Assembly (NCBI RefSeq): GCF_009914755.1
Contig: NC_060933.1
Direction: 5' to 3' (one strand)
Source: the human T2T-CHM13v2.0 reference genome, Homo sapiens
DNA: 64,000 nt
Shown: positions 60,928 through 64,000 of the stretch, piece after piece
How positions within the stretch are numbered: position 1 is the stretch's first letter
Layout of the letters: each line of letters starts with the position of its first letter
Made by a program: the position numbers and the translations under genes
The notes under the pieces: model-generated
Databases searched by the model: none
What the model saw: the letters and a program-made list of their open reading frames with translations, nothing else
What the model was told of the DNA's origin: nothing

Positions 60928-63593
60928 TCAATACATGCATTATTGATATCTGTCCTGCTGGGAAGTCTCTGGCCCAATTGAAATGTACTCAAATACCTGC
61001 TGTGTCCCTTCTGTTCAGGCATTGTTTCATTTTTTACTGCCTTTAAGGAGGCTGCATTATGACTAGAATTTAAGAGATGCCTTGAATTGCATTGGCCCCA
61101 TAAATAAGTTTGCCTGTAGTGTGAGAACTTGATGGGTACTAGGGAGGAAACAGGAGTTTGCAGCTGACACTGAAGTAACCCTGTCCCTTCCAATACTCTA
61201 CAGGCTGCTGTAGTATCAGTGTCACCCATGCAGGGGACAGTGTTGGCCATGTCTCCACGGGAGCACTGTATGCTCTCAGCATCCACTTCAATCTTCTCTC
61301 CCTCTGATTTGAATATTCTGAACAGTTGACTCAGTGCTTCCATTGCTACTCCATTTTCTGAGGACCTTCCAGTCTTCTCTCCTCCTTCCAAATTCTAAAG
61401 CTGCTGCTGGCTCTGTCTTCATGTTTCATAATGTGGGCTTTGCTTTTTTCAACAAATGAGAGTCCTGAGCCTGGTGGAGTCTCTTCCTAGCGGAATCAGA
61501 ATGTTGGAAGTCCCTAAAAAGAGGCACAAATGAGCTCCTGTATTCTTTACCCGCTCATTGGGTGTAGTGTTGTGGGCAGGACTCTCTCTATTTACTGTGT
61601 TTCTGTTCCCAGCAAAACATCCTTGACCTCTGCAGTGCTGAGCTTGCCAGGTAAGGGAAATCTAGGGGTGGTTACATTCTTTGGCCTCGTGAGCTCACAA
61701 AGCCCCGTTGTCTCCAGGTGGTACTGTATCATGATCTCTTGTATCTGTTCCAATGGAGTCAGGGCAGGGACTAAGCTTCCATGTGTTCCTCACCAGAGGA
61801 ACTGTCCAGGGACTTGTATGAGGCAGGCTATAATAGGGCTCCTCTCTGCCAGCTCTGCCACTTCCTTTCATTGGGTCTCCAATACTTTAGAATATATAAA
61901 AAATTAACTTCTCGATATGTTCAGGATATAGTTACAGACATTTTTCAGGATAAGGTGACAATATGCAGCCACATCATACAATTTTTGCCCACTGAAATGA
62001 TAAGCAACAAAAAACAAAAATAACATTAAAGAAATAAGAAGCTTAAAAGTAGTCAGGAATAAAAGGGTTTTTAATATATGAAAGGTGTTAAACCATCAAA
62101 GAGACAGAGGAGAGAGAACCAGGTATATTCAAAAGTGTTAATGTTTTCTTTCTGATCCTAAACTGGGCCCCCCACACTCAGTAGCTAATGAAAGAGAGGC
62201 AAAGAACAAATATATTGTAAAATATAACTTTGAATTTCCCAATTTCTCTCCTCTTCCATTTCAAAAGAGCCATATAAAGGTTGGGTCTGTAACTTGAGCA
62301 AAGAATTGAGAAATCTGTCCTAAGTTGAAGCCTCTTCCTACTAACCTAGCAATTCACACATGCTTCCTGGTTAACTTCTTCAAATACACCATTTCACAGA
62401 TCACTTTAATGTTTCCCCAATTCTACCCAAATTGATACTTCTACTGGGTATCATTTGGCAAGAATTGTATCTTCTGATCCCTTTACAGATCTCTGTTCTC
62501 TCTCTTACTACTGAGTGAAAATAGAAGGGATGCAAGTTGAGTCATTATTGAAAATAACAGAGAATGTTCTCCTTATTATGAATGTAAGTGACATGATCTA
62601 AGGAATGAATTTGTAAAATTAGCAACTTACTATTAAGAAAGAGCTAATGTACCTTCAAACAGGAGATTTTAATGGATGTCCATTACAGTTCTACACCCAC
62701 ATTGGCAGGCTGTACTGAATCCTAGTGCAGCTCAATACATAAAGGAGGGATGAGTCAGGGGGCTGAAGTCAAGGGACACATTCTTACCCTTTCTCTCTCT
62801 ACATAGCTGTCCACTGCCCAAAGGACATGTCCTGCTTGAAGCTGGGAGTACTTTCCTTCTCTATGATAAAAAAAATGAAGGAAATGGGCTTCTTCCAATA
62901 TAAGGTTCAGCTCTTTCTGAGAAAGAGTCCTTTTTACCTATGAAGAAAATTCTGCAAAGGGACAGAATTCTTTATAGAAAAGAAAAGCTGACTCTCCACA
63001 GACTTGGTGTATGTCTTTGTCATCATGGCCAGTAGGTGGCTGTCATCCTCTGTAAATAACTGAACAGCCTCCAGAGTAGAATAAATCTTGACATTTCCTT
63101 TTTCTTTAGAGAAAGTTACATCATTTTAACAAAAGTATTCATTCATTTCCAAAATTTTTCACCAGGAGGGAAAAAAAAAGACCTCTGATATGGATGTTTA
63201 TGAAAAACCTAGAACTCTCACTTAACTTTTGCTTTTATTTGATGACTTTGTGCTCTTAGGGGAAAACTGACAGCCAAAAACCACAAGGGAACAGGAAGCA
63301 GCTGTACGAGTGGCAGTGCGGGTTGCTGGTGAGTGAATGAGGACAGCACGCTGGGATTTCTACACTGGAGAGGGAGGAAGCTATTGTGAGATGGGAGTGA
63401 AAGAATTGAATCCTGTAAGCAGAGAGGAAGGGAGAGTGTGGCAGGCATCAGAATCAGCAAAGAATGCTATAAATATAGATAGCTATAAAGCCCATGCTAT
63501 TTATATATTATATAATATATAGTATCTGAAACAAGGATCAGTCTCTTAGACTGATATTCAATCTCCCAGACTTATATATAGTTAGTCTAGGAG

Positions 63594-63597
<4 letters not shown>

Positions 63598-63640
<43 letters not shown>

Positions 63641-63642
63641 CA
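63598..63642. repeat. (TA)n microsatellite
   Basis: About 18 TA units. Confidence 0.95.
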
Positions 63643-64000
63643 CATCAGGCTACATTTCCCACTACCATTATCAAGAACTGCCAAAAAATGTATAGAGTAC
63701 CAATTTACAGATATATTTATAATACATTAGTCTACGAGACTAATTCCTTTATCAGATATTTACAAGCTGTCACATTCTTATTGAATAAAAAATCAGTCAG
63801 ACTTATCTTTAATGTCAAGTGTATCTAATATTCATACTTCTCTAAGACTGTCTTCAATTCTCTTTTTAGGCTCTCAGCATTTTCCAATCAGTTATAGAGA
63901 GGGATGGGAGAGTTGACTATTCTCAGATAGATCTATATGAATGAATGAGGAAATATCCATCATCTGTTAAGCCGTGACTCAGTGGAAGATAATCTGTTAA

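Noticed and set aside
63502-63521. Perfect 20-bp AT palindrome
   Set aside because: Low-complexity TA sequence; expected by chance near a (TA)n tract.

Overview
Primate (almost certainly human) genomic DNA from the type I interferon cluster on chr9p21.3. Five intact, intronless 189-codon IFN-alpha genes lie on the minus strand (IFNA7, IFNA10, IFNA16, IFNA17, IFNA14), together with three IFN-omega pseudogenes (by gene order IFNWP9, IFNWP18, IFNWP5). Positions 1 to about 51.7 kb are a tandem array of five paralogous modules: [L1 fragments]-[IFNW pseudogene]-[old L1 5' end]-[spacer]-[antisense L1]-[IFNA gene]-[promoter/upstream]. Each module has been modified by its own deletions and retroinsertions. 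The last ~12 kb is mostly L1/Alu/LTR debris plus an unidentified unique island. I find no evidence for a new protein-coding system. The most notable unexplained structure is a 3.37-kb non-TE retrocopy (6195-9566) with a poly(A) tail, poly(A) signal, 15-bp target-site duplication and L1 endonuclease site, which is absent from three paralogous empty sites. Comparing paralogs also reveals templated-insertion deletion junctions, reused breakpoints, a twin-primed L1, a probable L1-mediated deletion, and mosaic IFNA genes. Repeat subfamily names are by eye and approximate.
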